Below are positions 47,618 to 58,155 of a stretch of 64,000 nt of DNA, piece after piece. A program made the position numbers and the translations under genes. A model generated the notes under the pieces. The model ran no database searches. It was not told the DNA's origin and saw nothing but the letters and a program-made list of their open reading frames with translations. Where the stretch lies: positions 1,440,001-1,504,000 of the forward strand of contig CAVYXA010000001.1 of NCBI GenBank assembly GCA_963772365.1. Direction: 5' to 3'. The stretch is from an uncultured Verrucomicrobiae bacterium (GTDB lineage: Bacteria; Verrucomicrobiota; Verrucomicrobiia; Chthoniobacterales; UBA10450). How positions within the stretch are numbered: the first letter of the stretch is position 1; every line of letters starts with the position of its first letter.

Positions 47618-47893
47618 ATGAAATCAAACTCAACCACAAATCACAGCGGGCGGCGATTTCCGCTCGTCGAATATCATTATCAGACCGCGGCTCTGGAGAA
47701 CTTGAGCGGTTCTTGCGTAACAACGCCCAAAGTCAGCCACAGAATCGGCGGCGACTACTTCGATGTCGAAGCGAACCGCGATTTCCTGGGCGATGTTCTG
47801 GTTTTTGGAACGTTAATCGTCACAACAGCGGTGCCGATTCTGACTACCGCGAGCGCAGTGCTCGAGCTTTGCCGAACGCTTCCCTTGTTTTAA
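47618..47893 (+). CDS. Small hypothetical protein with C-terminal hydrophobic helix
   Basis: 91 aa, GAGAGGG RBS, first sizeable ORF after the sigma-54 promoter. Confidence 0.65.
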   Translation: MKSNSTTNHSGRRFPLVEYHYQTAALENLSGSCVTTPKVSHRIGGDYFDVEANRDFLGDVLVFGTLIVTTAVPILTTASAVLELCRTLPLF

Positions 47894-47974
47894 TCATCCG
47901 TGACCCCACAACTCCACAAAGACGACGATAATACCATCGTTCGCCCCAGCGGTTTTACTCCCGGCCTTTCATCG

Positions 47975-49228
47975 ATGGATGTTCCTCGCCAAGGCGTAGC
48001 CGCGAAGAAACGGAAGCGCCGGATTCTCATTATTGCCGGGAGCGTCCTCGGCTTAATCGTGGCGACGATCGCATTGTCCCGCCTAAAGCCGGCTGCGCCG
48101 AGCGTAGATCGTTCAAGTGTTTGGATTGACACCGTGAAGCGCGGGCCGATGTTGCGACAGGTCCGCGGTCTCGGCACTCTCGTTCCCGAAGATATCCGTT
48201 GGATCCCGGCGAACACCGAAGGCCGCGTCGAAAAGATTTTGATCTGGCCGGGAACAAAAGTCGAACCCGGTGACGTTATTCTAGAATTGAGCAGTCCGGA
48301 ACTGGAACAAAGCGCGCATGACGCGCAATTGCAGGCGAAAGCGGCGGAAGCGGAGCTTGCCACGATGCGGGCAACTTTGCAGCGCGAGGTGCTTGACCAG
48401 GAATCGAAGACCACAGCGGCCCATGCTGCTTATGAGCAGGCGAAGATGGAGCGCCAGACAAACGATCAATTGGCCAAGAACGGTTTGGTAGCCGAGCTGG
48501 TTTACAAGAGTTCCAAGATCAAAGAAGAAGAAGCGCAAAAAAGCGACGAGATCGAGCAGAAGCGGCTAACATTCTCACGCGATTCAATCGAACCGCAGCT
48601 CGCCTCGAAACAAGCAGCGGTCGATCAAGCGAATCAGCTGGCAAAGTTGAAAGAGGACCAGGTTGAAGCGTTGCATGTGAAAGCGGGAATGACCGGCGTG
48701 TTGCAACAATTGCCGGTCCAAATCGGTCAGCGCGTAAAGGTAGGAGATAATCTCGCTCGCGTCGCAGACCCGACAAAACTTAAGGCCCAGATCAAGATCG
48801 CGGAAACACAGGCGAAAGATATTCAGCCGAAACAGCAGGCGACAATCGACACCCGCAATGGTGTGGTGAAAGGCCACGTCACCCGGGTCGATCCAGCCGT
48901 CGAGCAGGGAACGGTTACTGTCGATGTTGCATTCGATGAACCGTTGCCAAAAGGTGCACGTCCCGATTTGAGCGTCGATGGAACCATTGAGCTGGAGCGT
49001 CTCGACAACGTCGTCTTTGTCGGTCGACCCGCATTTGGTCAGGAAAACAGCACGGTAGGGATGTTTAAACTCGTGGCCGGCAGCAACGAAGCTGTGCGCA
49101 CCCCGGTGAAACTGGGCAAGAGCTCAGTCAATAGCATCGAGATCTTGAGCGGCCTGAATCCCGGCGATCAGGTCATCCTTTCCGACACCAGTGCCTGGGA
49201 TTCACACGAAAGAATTCGACTTAACTAA
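47975..49228 (+). CDS. Efflux periplasmic adaptor (membrane-fusion protein, MacA/HlyD-like)
   Basis: N-terminal TM anchor, VRGLGTLVP, long coiled coil, lipoyl-like halves, GLNPGDQVILS. Confidence 0.92.
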   Translation: MDVPRQGVAAKKRKRRILIIAGSVLGLIVATIALSRLKPAAPSVDRSSVWIDTVKRGPMLRQVRGLGTLVPEDIRWIPANTEGRVEKILIWPGTKVEPGDVILELSSPELEQSAHDAQLQAKAAEAELATMRATLQREVLDQESKTTAAHAAYEQAKMERQTNDQLAKNGLVAELVYKSSKIKEEEAQKSDEIEQKRLTFSRDSIEPQLASKQAAVDQANQLAKLKEDQVEALHVKAGMTGVLQQLPVQIGQRVKVGDNLARVADPTKLKAQIKIAETQAKDIQPKQQATIDTRNGVVKGHVTRVDPAVEQGTVTVDVAFDEPLPKGARPDLSVDGTIELERLDNVVFVGRPAFGQENSTVGMFKLVAGSNEAVRTPVKLGKSSVNSIEILSGLNPGDQVILSDTSAWDSHERIRLN

Positions 49229-49235
49229 AACAACT

Positions 49236-49985
49236 ATGCCAACCATGACAACAACCTCGCCCAATCCACATACATCCACTTCTCGCAGCAACGGTTCGAC
49301 ACCGTTGATCCGGCTCGACGGCGTCACCAAAGTGTTTCTCACTGACGAAGTCGAGACGCACGCGCTTTCCGGAATCCATTTGGACATTCGAGACGGCGAA
49401 TACATTTCAATCGCCGGGCCGTCGGGCTGCGGGAAATCGACATTATTGTCGATCCTCGGATTGCTCGATACGCCTTCTGACGGCAGTTATGCGCTGAAAG
49501 GACACGAAGTCGCCAATCTTTCGTTTGCCGATCGCGCGCGAATCCGCAATCGCGAGATCGGTTTCATTTTCCAAAGCTTCAATTTGATCGGCGATCTCAC
49601 GGTTTTTGAAAACGTGGAGTTACCGCTGACTTATCGTGGAATGAGCGCAGGCGATCGCAAAACTCTGGTCACCCAGGCGCTCGATCGCGTGGGAATGGCG
49701 CATCGCGCGAAACATTTGCCGAGCCAGCTTTCGGGAGGTCAGCAGCAACGAGTGGCAGTCGCCCGCGCGCTCGCGGGTAAACCGGCCATTCTGCTTGCGG
49801 ACGAGCCGACGGGAAACCTCGATTCACGCAACGGCGAAGCGGTGATGAATTTGCTCAAGGAGTTGCACGCCGGCGGCGCGACCATTTGCATGGTCACGCA
49901 CGATGAACGTTTCGCGCAACATGCCGACCGCACCGTTCATTTGTTCGATGGCCGCGTTGTCGAAGATAACCGGGTAGCAGCCTAA
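49236..49985 (+). CDS. ABC ATP-binding protein (MacB/LolD type)
   Basis: [42 protein letters not shown]. Confidence 0.95.
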   Translation: MPTMTTTSPNPHTSTSRSNGSTPLIRLDGVTKVFLTDEVETHALSGIHLDIRDGEYISIAGPSGCGKSTLLSILGLLDTPSDGSYALKGHEVANLSFADRARIRNREIGFIFQSFNLIGDLTVFENVELPLTYRGMSAGDRKTLVTQALDRVGMAHRAKHLPSQLSGGQQQRVAVARALAGKPAILLADEPTGNLDSRNGEAVMNLLKELHAGGATICMVTHDERFAQHADRTVHLFDGRVVEDNRVAA

Positions 49986-50014
49986 CGATGTAAGATCGAC
50001 AATCACCGGCGATT

Positions 50015-52489
50015 ATGCTGAGCGAAATCAAAGTGGCGCTGCGGGGCCTGGCGAAAAGTCCCGGGTTCACGGCGATCGCGATTGCAACGCTGGCCTTGGC
50101 GATTGGCGCAAACAGCGCTGTCTTCAGTTTGATCAATGCGTTGTTGGTTCGGCCGCTGCCCTATCAGCAACCGTCCCGAATCGCCGTAATCTGGGAACGC
50201 TTTGCCACACTGGGATTGGATCGGCTTCCGTGTTCGCCGCCGGAATATCTCGACCTGGAAAAAGAATTCCAAAGCGGAAGCGGCCTCGCAGCATTCACGT
50301 TCGAGAGATTCAATCTCGGCGGCGGCGATGTTCCGGAGCGAATCTCGGGCGCGGTGGTAACGCCGTCGTTGTTTCCGCTCCTCGGAGTCGAACCGATTAA
50401 AGGCCGGACGTTTGCGCGCGAAGAGCAGGGAATCGGTCGCGACGATGTGATCGTGATCAGCGAACGGCTTTGGAAACGTCGTTTTAATTCTGATCCCACC
50501 CTCATCGGGAAGAGGCTTCTGTTGAACGGCCGCAGCTACGCTGTGATCGGGATCATGCCGGCACGATTCGAGTTTCCGATTCCATTGTTCGGGCTGAAGG
50601 GAAATCAATTCGCCGAACGGGCGGACATTTGGAAACCGATCGCGTTTACGCCGCTCGAGTTGAAGGAACGCTATTCGCGGAGCTACGGATTAATTACGCG
50701 ATTGCGCCCGGGGGTGTCGATTGCTCAGGCTCAATCTGAGCTGGACACAATCATTTCCCGCTGGATCCAAAGCCATCGCGCTAATTACACGGGAGGCTTT
50801 GGTGCGCGAATTTATCCGCTGCGCGACCAGGTCGTTGGTGGAATGCGAACTGGTCTGGCGATTTTATTCGGCGCAGTGGTTCTTGTTCTGCTGATCGCAT
50901 GCGCAAATCTCGCGACGATGTCGCTGGCGCGCGCGAGTGCACGCGAACGCGAGCTCGCCATTCGAGTTGCCCTGGGAGCAGGATGGTGGCGATTGCTCCG
51001 GCAAATGCTGATCGAAAGCGTGTTGCTCGCTCTTGCCGGTGCCGCCGGCGGTATCTTTCTCTCGGTTTGGGGACTTGAATTTCTCAAACAGATCGGTGCG
51101 CGCACGGTTCCGAGACTCGCCGAAGTAAATGTCGATCTTTTGGTTGTAATCGTGACCGCGGTCGTTTCGGTTGGAACCGGAATTTTGTTTGGATTGATTC
51201 CGGCGTTCGCGACCGCCAAACCCGAACTGACTGAGACACTCAAGGAAGGCAGCCGTTCTTCAACGACCGGTGCGCGCCGAAATCAGGTGCGCAATTCGCT
51301 CGTGGTCGCGGAGATTGCGCTCGCGTTAGTCCTGCTCGTTGGCGCTGGACTGCTGCTAAAAAGTTATGCGCGCGTGCAGAACATCGATCCTGGATTCGAT
51401 CGTCGAAATGTGCTGACGGCGGAGCTGAACCTGTCGGAGACAAAATACCCGCAGCGCGGCAGCGTCGATTACAACAACGGCGCGGCCATGATCAACTTTT
51501 GGAACGAAGGACTCCGCCGAATCCAGCAATTGCCGGGAGTGGAAGGTGCCGCTTACACGGTCATTCTTCCATTGAGTGGATCGAACTCCGATTCATCATT
51601 TTCGATCGAAGGGCAGGTGTTGGGCAAAAACGAACCCGGCCCCGATGAAGAGATCCGCGTCATCTCGCCGGATTACTTTCGCGTATTGAAAACGCCGCTG
51701 TTTCGGGGCCGGTTCTTCCTCGATTCGGACAACGCGGACGCGCCCAAGGTTGCGATCATCAACGACGCGTTGGCGAAAAAGTATTGGCCGAATGAAGAAG
51801 CGCTCGGGAAACGAATCACGTTTAACGACCCACAAAAGAATCCGACGTGGCTCACCATTGTCGGAATCGTCAAAAGTATTCGGCACCGAGGCCTCGATGT
51901 CGATCCTGCGCCGGAATATTACCTGCCGCTTACGCAGCGCGCCGAGGGAACCATGATCCTGACGCTTCGCAGCGCGCAGGATCCCCGCAGTTTAACCTCC
52001 GCGATTCGCCGCGAAATCCAATCGATCGACCCCGACCAACCGATCGCGAACGTGCGCACACTGGAAGCAGTCACCGCCGAGTCGGTTGCTCCGCGCCGGA
52101 TGTCGATGGTGTTGCTCGGCGCGTTTGCGGGCATCGCGTTGCTGTTGGCGAGCGTCGGGATTTACGGAGTGATTTCGTATTTGGTGGTGCAGCGCACGCA
52201 CGAGATCGGCGTGCGAATGGCACTCGGCGCGCAACGCCGCGATGTTTTATGTCTCGTCGTCGGTCACGCAGCTAAACTCGTTGGGATCGGCAGCGTGATC
52301 GGATTGATTCTGGCGTTTTTGTCAACGCGCACGCTTTCGGCGTTGCTTTACAGTGTCGGGGCATTCGACCTTGGCACTTTTCTTTTCGCAACGATCGCGC
52401 TCGGAGCAGTCGCTTTGCTCGCCAGTTACATGCCCGCGCTTCGCGCAACCCGCGCTGATCCGATGATCGCGCTCAGCCATAACGCATGA
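50015..52489 (+). CDS. ABC permease, duplicated MacB_PCD-FtsX (ADOP-like)
   Basis: KSPGF...LALAIGANSAVFS, LLIACAN, ELAIRVALGA, EIGVRMALGA, RATRADPMIAL. Confidence 0.93.
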   Translation: MLSEIKVALRGLAKSPGFTAIAIATLALAIGANSAVFSLINALLVRPLPYQQPSRIAVIWERFATLGLDRLPCSPPEYLDLEKEFQSGSGLAAFTFERFNLGGGDVPERISGAVVTPSLFPLLGVEPIKGRTFAREEQGIGRDDVIVISERLWKRRFNSDPTLIGKRLLLNGRSYAVIGIMPARFEFPIPLFGLKGNQFAERADIWKPIAFTPLELKERYSRSYGLITRLRPGVSIAQAQSELDTIISRWIQSHRANYTGGFGARIYPLRDQVVGGMRTGLAILFGAVVLVLLIACANLATMSLARASARERELAIRVALGAGWWRLLRQMLIESVLLALAGAAGGIFLSVWGLEFLKQIGARTVPRLAEVNVDLLVVIVTAVVSVGTGILFGLIPAFATAKPELTETLKEGSRSSTTGARRNQVRNSLVVAEIALALVLLVGAGLLLKSYARVQNIDPGFDRRNVLTAELNLSETKYPQRGSVDYNNGAAMINFWNEGLRRIQQLPGVEGAAYTVILPLSGSNSDSSFSIEGQVLGKNEPGPDEEIRVISPDYFRVLKTPLFRGRFFLDSDNADAPKVAIINDALAKKYWPNEEALGKRITFNDPQKNPTWLTIVGIVKSIRHRGLDVDPAPEYYLPLTQRAEGTMILTLRSAQDPRSLTSAIRREIQSIDPDQPIANVRTLEAVTAESVAPRRMSMVLLGAFAGIALLLASVGIYGVISYLVVQRTHEIGVRMALGAQRRDVLCLVVGHAAKLVGIGSVIGLILAFLSTRTLSALLYSVGAFDLGTFLFATIALGAVALLASYMPALRATRADPMIALSHNA

Positions 52490-53164
52490 TCGCTCTCCGA
52501 AACCTCGAACGCCAGCCATCCGCTATCGCACGGCAAGTTCTTCTATGTTCTGCGCGATATCGGCATCCACGTTGCCGAGGGAGAATTCGTTTCGGTGATG
52601 GGTCCTTCGGGCGCCGGAAAGTCGACACTCCTTCACATTCTGGGAATGCACGATCACAGCTGGACCGGCGAATATTTCTTCAACGATACCGCAGTTCATC
52701 ATTTGAAAGCCAAAGAACGCGCCGCGCTTCGTAACGACAATATCGGATTTGTTTTCCAACAATATCATCTGCTCGATGATCTGACCGTCTATGAGAATCT
52801 CGAGATTCCCCTCTCCTATCGCAAAGTAAGCAGAGCGGAACGCGCCGCGATCGTGGCCGACGCGCTCGATCGTTTCCAAATGGTAGCCAAGAAGGATCTG
52901 TATCCACGGCAATTGTCCGGCGGCCAGCAACAACTTGTGGGCGTGGCGCGGGCGATCATCGGCAATCCGAAATTGATTCTAGCAGATGAACCAACCGGCA
53001 ATCTTCACTCGAGCCAGGGTGAAGAGATCATGGAGCTATTTCGAAAACTGAATGCCGAGGGCACGACCATCATTCAAGTCACACATTCGGAAAAAAATGC
53101 CGCTTACGGCAACCGCATCATTCAGCTGCGTGACGGTTGGGTGATCGAGCCAAACACAAAGTAA
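52486..53164 (+). CDS. Second ABC ATP-binding protein; frameshift near 52513
   Basis: Removing one C gives [25 protein letters not shown]...[24 protein letters not shown]. Confidence 0.88.
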
Positions 53165-53168
53165 CCAT

Positions 53169-55673
53169 ATGATTCTCGATTCATTTCGTCAGGATGTACG
53201 CGTCGGGCTACGTGTGTTGTTCAAGGACAAATCCTTTTGTTTCCTGGCGGTGCTGGTACTGGCTCTCGGCATCGGTGGTGCGACGACCCAATTCACTGTG
53301 GTTAACGCGATCGTCCTCCGTGGCTTTTCATTTCCGCATCCCGAGCAATTAGCGAGCGTCGGGCTGATCGATCCGAAGGCTACCGACCAGAACAACAACT
53401 TCGGCATTGGCCAAATTCCTTCCGCGCAGGATTACGAAGATCTCAAGGCGGCGCAAAAATCATTCTCGCTCATGGCGGGTTATCTCAGTGGATCGACAAT
53501 CAACCTCACTTACAGGAACAATCCGCAACGTTATACGGGTGGATATGTCACCGAGGATCTTTTCAAAATCGTAGGAGTATCGCCGGCGCTTGGCCGCGAT
53601 TTTACCGCCGAAGACAATAAACCGGGCGCGGAGAAAACGGTCATTTTGGGCGACGAAATCTGGCGGCGCGATTTTGGCGCGGATCCAAACATCATTGGTC
53701 AAGGCGTTCGGGTGAATGGCAAAGCCGCAACCATCATCGGCGTTATGCCTGCGGGTTTTAAATTCCCGTTCTCAGAAGAACTGTGGACACCTTTATATAA
53801 TGAATTTCCGCCCACGCCGCGCGGAGACTTGCGGCTCGGGGCGAACAATAACGCGCCTGCCGTTATCGGTCGCCTCAAAGCCGGTGTCACTCTCGATCAA
53901 GTAAACGCTGAGTTCGTCACACTTGCCCGACGTCTGGCTGAAGAAAATCCGAAGACGAACCAGAATTTTACGTCGGCAAGCGTGCAGCCGTTGCTCTATG
54001 CATTTACTCCCGTGCAACTGCGCCAAACGATTTGGGCAATGCTCGGAGCGGTCATCCTCGTTTTGCTGATCGCATGCGTGAATGTCATGAACATGCAATT
54101 CGGCCGGGCCGCACTGCGGGCCAAGGAACTTGCGATTCGTGGCGCACTGGGGGCGACACGCTGGAGGATCGTTAGGCAAATGTTGACGGAGAGTCTGGTC
54201 GTCGCGGTCTTTGGCGGAGTCGCTGGCATCCTGCTCGCGTTTTGGGGGATTGATATGCTGGTGAGAGCGTTTAGTGCGTCACCGTTTCCCTTGCCTTACT
54301 GGTGGCAATTCACAATCGATGCGCGAGTTCTCGCGTTCACCCTCGTGATTACGCTCGTGGCGACGGTTGTTTCCGGTTTGGTTCCGGCCTTTCTCAGCGC
54401 CCGCGGCAACGCGGCTGAGATCATGAAAGAAGGTGGTCGAGGCAACAGCAGCCGCCTTGTAAACATCATCACGCGCGTACTAGTCGTGGGACAGATCGCC
54501 TTAACCGCCGCGCTTTTGATCGCGGCTACTCTGCAGATCAAGTCGATCCGGAATCAGACCAAGTTGAACTACGGTTACGACGAGAACGCCGTTTATACCG
54601 CACGAATTGCCTTAATGGAAGGCGCATATCCCAACGAAGAAGCGCGGCGGCAATTTTTCATCCATGCGGTGCAGGCGTTACGAGCCGATCCGCACTTCGC
54701 AGCGGCCGCCATGAGCGATCGCTTTCGAATGACGTTCGCTCCAAGCGGTCAATATGAAGTCGATGGTCAGAATTACTTGACCGATCGCGACCGGCCTCGC
54801 GGCAATTTCGAATCTGTCTCCGACAATTACTTTTCCACGCTTGGTGTGAAGATGCTCGAAGGTCGTGACTTCACCGTCAATGACTCGGACACAAAGCAGC
54901 CAGTCGCGATCGTGAACGCGAGTTTTGCGCGAAAGTATTGGGGAAACCAGAGTCCCCTGGGCCATCAGGTTCGCATCTTTAATCCCGGCCAGCCACAACC
55001 GTGGCGAACCATTATCGGGGTGGCTCCGGACATGTTGATGCAGGGCCCCTTCGATCAACAAACAGAGGCCGCTGGTTTTTACATGCCGCTGCTGGGCGCA
55101 TCCCCCACCACGCAGTTTTGCACGATTATCGTTCGGCCGCGTGCCGGGCAGCGCGCAGAAACTCTCGGTCCCGCTCTGAGCAAAGCAGTCACTGAAGTCG
55201 ATTCCAATCTGCCGACCTATTTTCCCGGCACGCCAGCACAATTGCACACCGAAATTCTGAGCGGCCCTCGCATCATCGCGATGTTGTTCAGCATCTTTGG
55301 AATGGTTGCCTTCATTCTCTCAGCGGTTGGCCTTTATGGAGTCATGAGCTTTTCGGTTAACCAGCGAACGCAGGAATTCGGAATCCGCATGGCCCTGGGC
55401 GCCGACGCTGCGCGCATTTTCCGAATGGTTATGCAACAAGGGGCGTGGCAGCTCGGGATTGGACTCGTTCTCGGTGTCGGTGGCGCCGCCTTGTTGCTCG
55501 GTGTGTTGGCTGCGGCTGCCTTGAAAAATATTTTGTTCCAGGTCAATGCGCTGGATCCAACGATTTATTTCCTCGTGGCGGGACTACTCGCGCTCGTCGC
55601 CGCAGTTTCCTGCTTCGTTCCCGCGCGTCGCGCCACCCGTGTCGATCCGATGGTCGCTCTTCGTTACGAATAA
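53169..55673 (+). CDS. ABC permease (ADOP-like)
   Basis: Same duplicated architecture; ends RRATRVDPMVALRYE. Confidence 0.93.
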   Translation: MILDSFRQDVRVGLRVLFKDKSFCFLAVLVLALGIGGATTQFTVVNAIVLRGFSFPHPEQLASVGLIDPKATDQNNNFGIGQIPSAQDYEDLKAAQKSFSLMAGYLSGSTINLTYRNNPQRYTGGYVTEDLFKIVGVSPALGRDFTAEDNKPGAEKTVILGDEIWRRDFGADPNIIGQGVRVNGKAATIIGVMPAGFKFPFSEELWTPLYNEFPPTPRGDLRLGANNNAPAVIGRLKAGVTLDQVNAEFVTLARRLAEENPKTNQNFTSASVQPLLYAFTPVQLRQTIWAMLGAVILVLLIACVNVMNMQFGRAALRAKELAIRGALGATRWRIVRQMLTESLVVAVFGGVAGILLAFWGIDMLVRAFSASPFPLPYWWQFTIDARVLAFTLVITLVATVVSGLVPAFLSARGNAAEIMKEGGRGNSSRLVNIITRVLVVGQIALTAALLIAATLQIKSIRNQTKLNYGYDENAVYTARIALMEGAYPNEEARRQFFIHAVQALRADPHFAAAAMSDRFRMTFAPSGQYEVDGQNYLTDRDRPRGNFESVSDNYFSTLGVKMLEGRDFTVNDSDTKQPVAIVNASFARKYWGNQSPLGHQVRIFNPGQPQPWRTIIGVAPDMLMQGPFDQQTEAAGFYMPLLGASPTTQFCTIIVRPRAGQRAETLGPALSKAVTEVDSNLPTYFPGTPAQLHTEILSGPRIIAMLFSIFGMVAFILSAVGLYGVMSFSVNQRTQEFGIRMALGADAARIFRMVMQQGAWQLGIGLVLGVGGAALLLGVLAAAALKNILFQVNALDPTIYFLVAGLLALVAAVSCFVPARRATRVDPMVALRYE

Positions 55674-55682
55674 CCATCTCCC

Positions 55683-58133
55683 ATGTTAGACGATATCCGT
55701 TTCGCCTTCCGGCAGTTGATCAAGAATCCCGGGTTCACTCTGGTCGCGGTCCTGACGCTCGCGCTTGGCATTGGCGCGGGCACTGCCGTGTTCAGCGCGC
55801 TCAATGCGCTGTTTGTTCGTGCGCTTCCAATAGAGCAACCGGAAGCCGTGGTCTGCGGCTACGCGATGCGCGAAGGCCACGATCCTTATCTGACATCAGC
55901 GCTGGAGTACAACGCATATCGCGAACAAAGCCGTTCTTTTACCGTTACCGGAATTGCAACTCCCCGTTCATTTAATCTCGCTGGTGGGGGCGAACCCGAG
56001 CGCCTGCCTGGCGCAGCCGTAACGGTTGATTATCTAACGACTTTAGGCGTCAAACTATTTGCCGGACGAACTTTTCTGGAAGACGAGGATCGGCCCGGCG
56101 GGCCGACGGTTGCGCTGATTAGTTATGAGCTCTGGCAACGCCGGTTCGGTGGTGATCCAAAATTAGTTGGGCGATCGCTGACGCTGGATGATGGCAGCTA
56201 CACTGTCATCGGCATTTTTCCGCCCGGATTTAATATGCCGTTTGCGGCCGACATCTGGGTTCCGCTCCAGAGTGACATCAACGCAGCTCCGCTCGATCAG
56301 CGGGCGCAGCCCGCTTACGACATGGTTGCGAGATTGAAGCCAGGCGTAATCCTTCGCGCCGCGGACGCAGAATTGAAGCACATCGCGGCACGTCTAGCCG
56401 TTGAGTATCCGCAATTCAGAAAAGGCTGGAGCTATAAGCTCATTTCGCTGCGGCAAAACTTGATGGGCGACTTCGAAGGCGGCACCAGGAAGGGACTCTT
56501 CGCGTTGGTGGCCGCCGTCGCATTTCTATTGCTGATATGTTGCGCGAACCTGGCAAATCTTTTGCTTGCACGAGGCGTCGCGCGCGAAGGCGAAATCAGC
56601 ATCCGTTTCGCATTGGGCGCGGGACGTGCCCGGATCGTTCGTCAACTGCTCACCGAAAGTTTGCTTATCGCTTTGCTCGGCGGCGCGGCTGGTACGCTGC
56701 TGGCGGGATGGGTCGTTCCGCTGCTCGGCAAATTAAGTCCAGTTAAGGTTGTCTCGCTGGCGAGTTTTTTGCGCGACTTCCGAATCGATTCCCGCGTTCT
56801 TGCTTTTTCCTTCCTGCTCTCGCTCCTGACTGCGGCGATCTTTGGTTCGATTCCCGCAATTAAATTGATGCGGTCACGTCACCTAATCACGGTGATCAAA
56901 CAGAAAGAGCAACGCGTGGGCGGAGCATCGGGTGGACGACTACTGGACATTCTGGTCACCGCGGAGATAGCGATGGCGGCAACGTTGCTCGTAGCCGGAG
57001 GTTTGATCGTGCAAAGTTTTCAAAGCCTCCAACGTATTACATTAGGTTTTCGCCCGGATAACTTGCTGATGGTCGAGATGCAGCTGCCGCCCAGCAAGTA
57101 TCGTGACCAGAGCGCGCGCGTCGCATTCGCGAAGCAGTTGCTCGAGCGAGTCAGGGCCCTGCCTGGCATCGACTCGGTAGGAACGACAACAAACTTTCCA
57201 TTACAACTGTACGACGCTGCATCCAGTTTTACGGTCGAAGGCGCGCCCGCGACAACTGCCGGTTTAGCGCCAATGACGGTGCACCGTCTGGTTAGTCCTG
57301 GATATCTCAAAACGATTGGGGCCGCACTCTTACGGGGCCGCGACCTTAGCGAACAGGACACGGCGCAAAGTTTACCGGTCGTTGTTGTCAGTGAAGAATT
57401 GGCACGACAAGCCTGGCCAAACCAGGATCCAATCGGCAAACGGATCAGACGCGGCCGCGCAGACGAGACAAATAATCCGTGGCTGACTGTTATTGGAGTA
57501 GTCGCGAACATCAAAGAGGATCGGTTCAACTTTCGGGCGGACAGGGCAGTGTGGTACCTGTCTTATGCTCAGGAGATTAATCGGCCGTTAATCGGCCCGT
57601 TGATCCTGGCAGTGCGAACAGAAGGCGATCCCGCGAATTTCACCGGCGCGATTCGCGGTGCGATTCACGCTGTCGATCCAAATCAGGCGATCTCAAGTGT
57701 GACAATAATGAAGGCATACTTGGCGGAGGTGTTAATGAGAGAACGCTTCAACGCGCTTCTCATGGGAACACTCGCCATGCTCGGATTAGTATTGGCCGCA
57801 CTGGGTCTTTATGGAGTCATGGCATATTCGGTCGCCCGACGGACCGGTGAAATTGGACTGCGCATGGCGCTCGGCGCGGCCTCGCGCGATGTTTTTCGTC
57901 TGGTTCTCGGTCATGCTTTCGCGTTGATCGGGTGCGGTTTGGTGATCGGATTGCTCGGCGCGTTCGGCATAACGCGAGGCTTGTCAGCAACGCTCTACCA
58001 AATCAGTCCGACCGACCCCGCTACGTTTACGGTAGTTGCAGTACTGCTGGCCAGCGTGGCACTACTGGCGTGCTATTTGCCAGCCCGCCGCGCTACGCGG
58101 GTCGATCCGATCATCGCGCTACGAACCGAATGA
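55683..58133 (+). CDS. ABC permease (ADOP-like)
   Basis: MLDDIRFAFRQLIKNPGF ... RRATRVDPIIALRTE. Confidence 0.93.
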   Translation: MLDDIRFAFRQLIKNPGFTLVAVLTLALGIGAGTAVFSALNALFVRALPIEQPEAVVCGYAMREGHDPYLTSALEYNAYREQSRSFTVTGIATPRSFNLAGGGEPERLPGAAVTVDYLTTLGVKLFAGRTFLEDEDRPGGPTVALISYELWQRRFGGDPKLVGRSLTLDDGSYTVIGIFPPGFNMPFAADIWVPLQSDINAAPLDQRAQPAYDMVARLKPGVILRAADAELKHIAARLAVEYPQFRKGWSYKLISLRQNLMGDFEGGTRKGLFALVAAVAFLLLICCANLANLLLARGVAREGEISIRFALGAGRARIVRQLLTESLLIALLGGAAGTLLAGWVVPLLGKLSPVKVVSLASFLRDFRIDSRVLAFSFLLSLLTAAIFGSIPAIKLMRSRHLITVIKQKEQRVGGASGGRLLDILVTAEIAMAATLLVAGGLIVQSFQSLQRITLGFRPDNLLMVEMQLPPSKYRDQSARVAFAKQLLERVRALPGIDSVGTTTNFPLQLYDAASSFTVEGAPATTAGLAPMTVHRLVSPGYLKTIGAALLRGRDLSEQDTAQSLPVVVVSEELARQAWPNQDPIGKRIRRGRADETNNPWLTVIGVVANIKEDRFNFRADRAVWYLSYAQEINRPLIGPLILAVRTEGDPANFTGAIRGAIHAVDPNQAISSVTIMKAYLAEVLMRERFNALLMGTLAMLGLVLAALGLYGVMAYSVARRTGEIGLRMALGAASRDVFRLVLGHAFALIGCGLVIGLLGAFGITRGLSATLYQISPTDPATFTVVAVLLASVALLACYLPARRATRVDPIIALRTE

Positions 58134-58155
58134 ACCAGATGGCCGAATCACCTCC

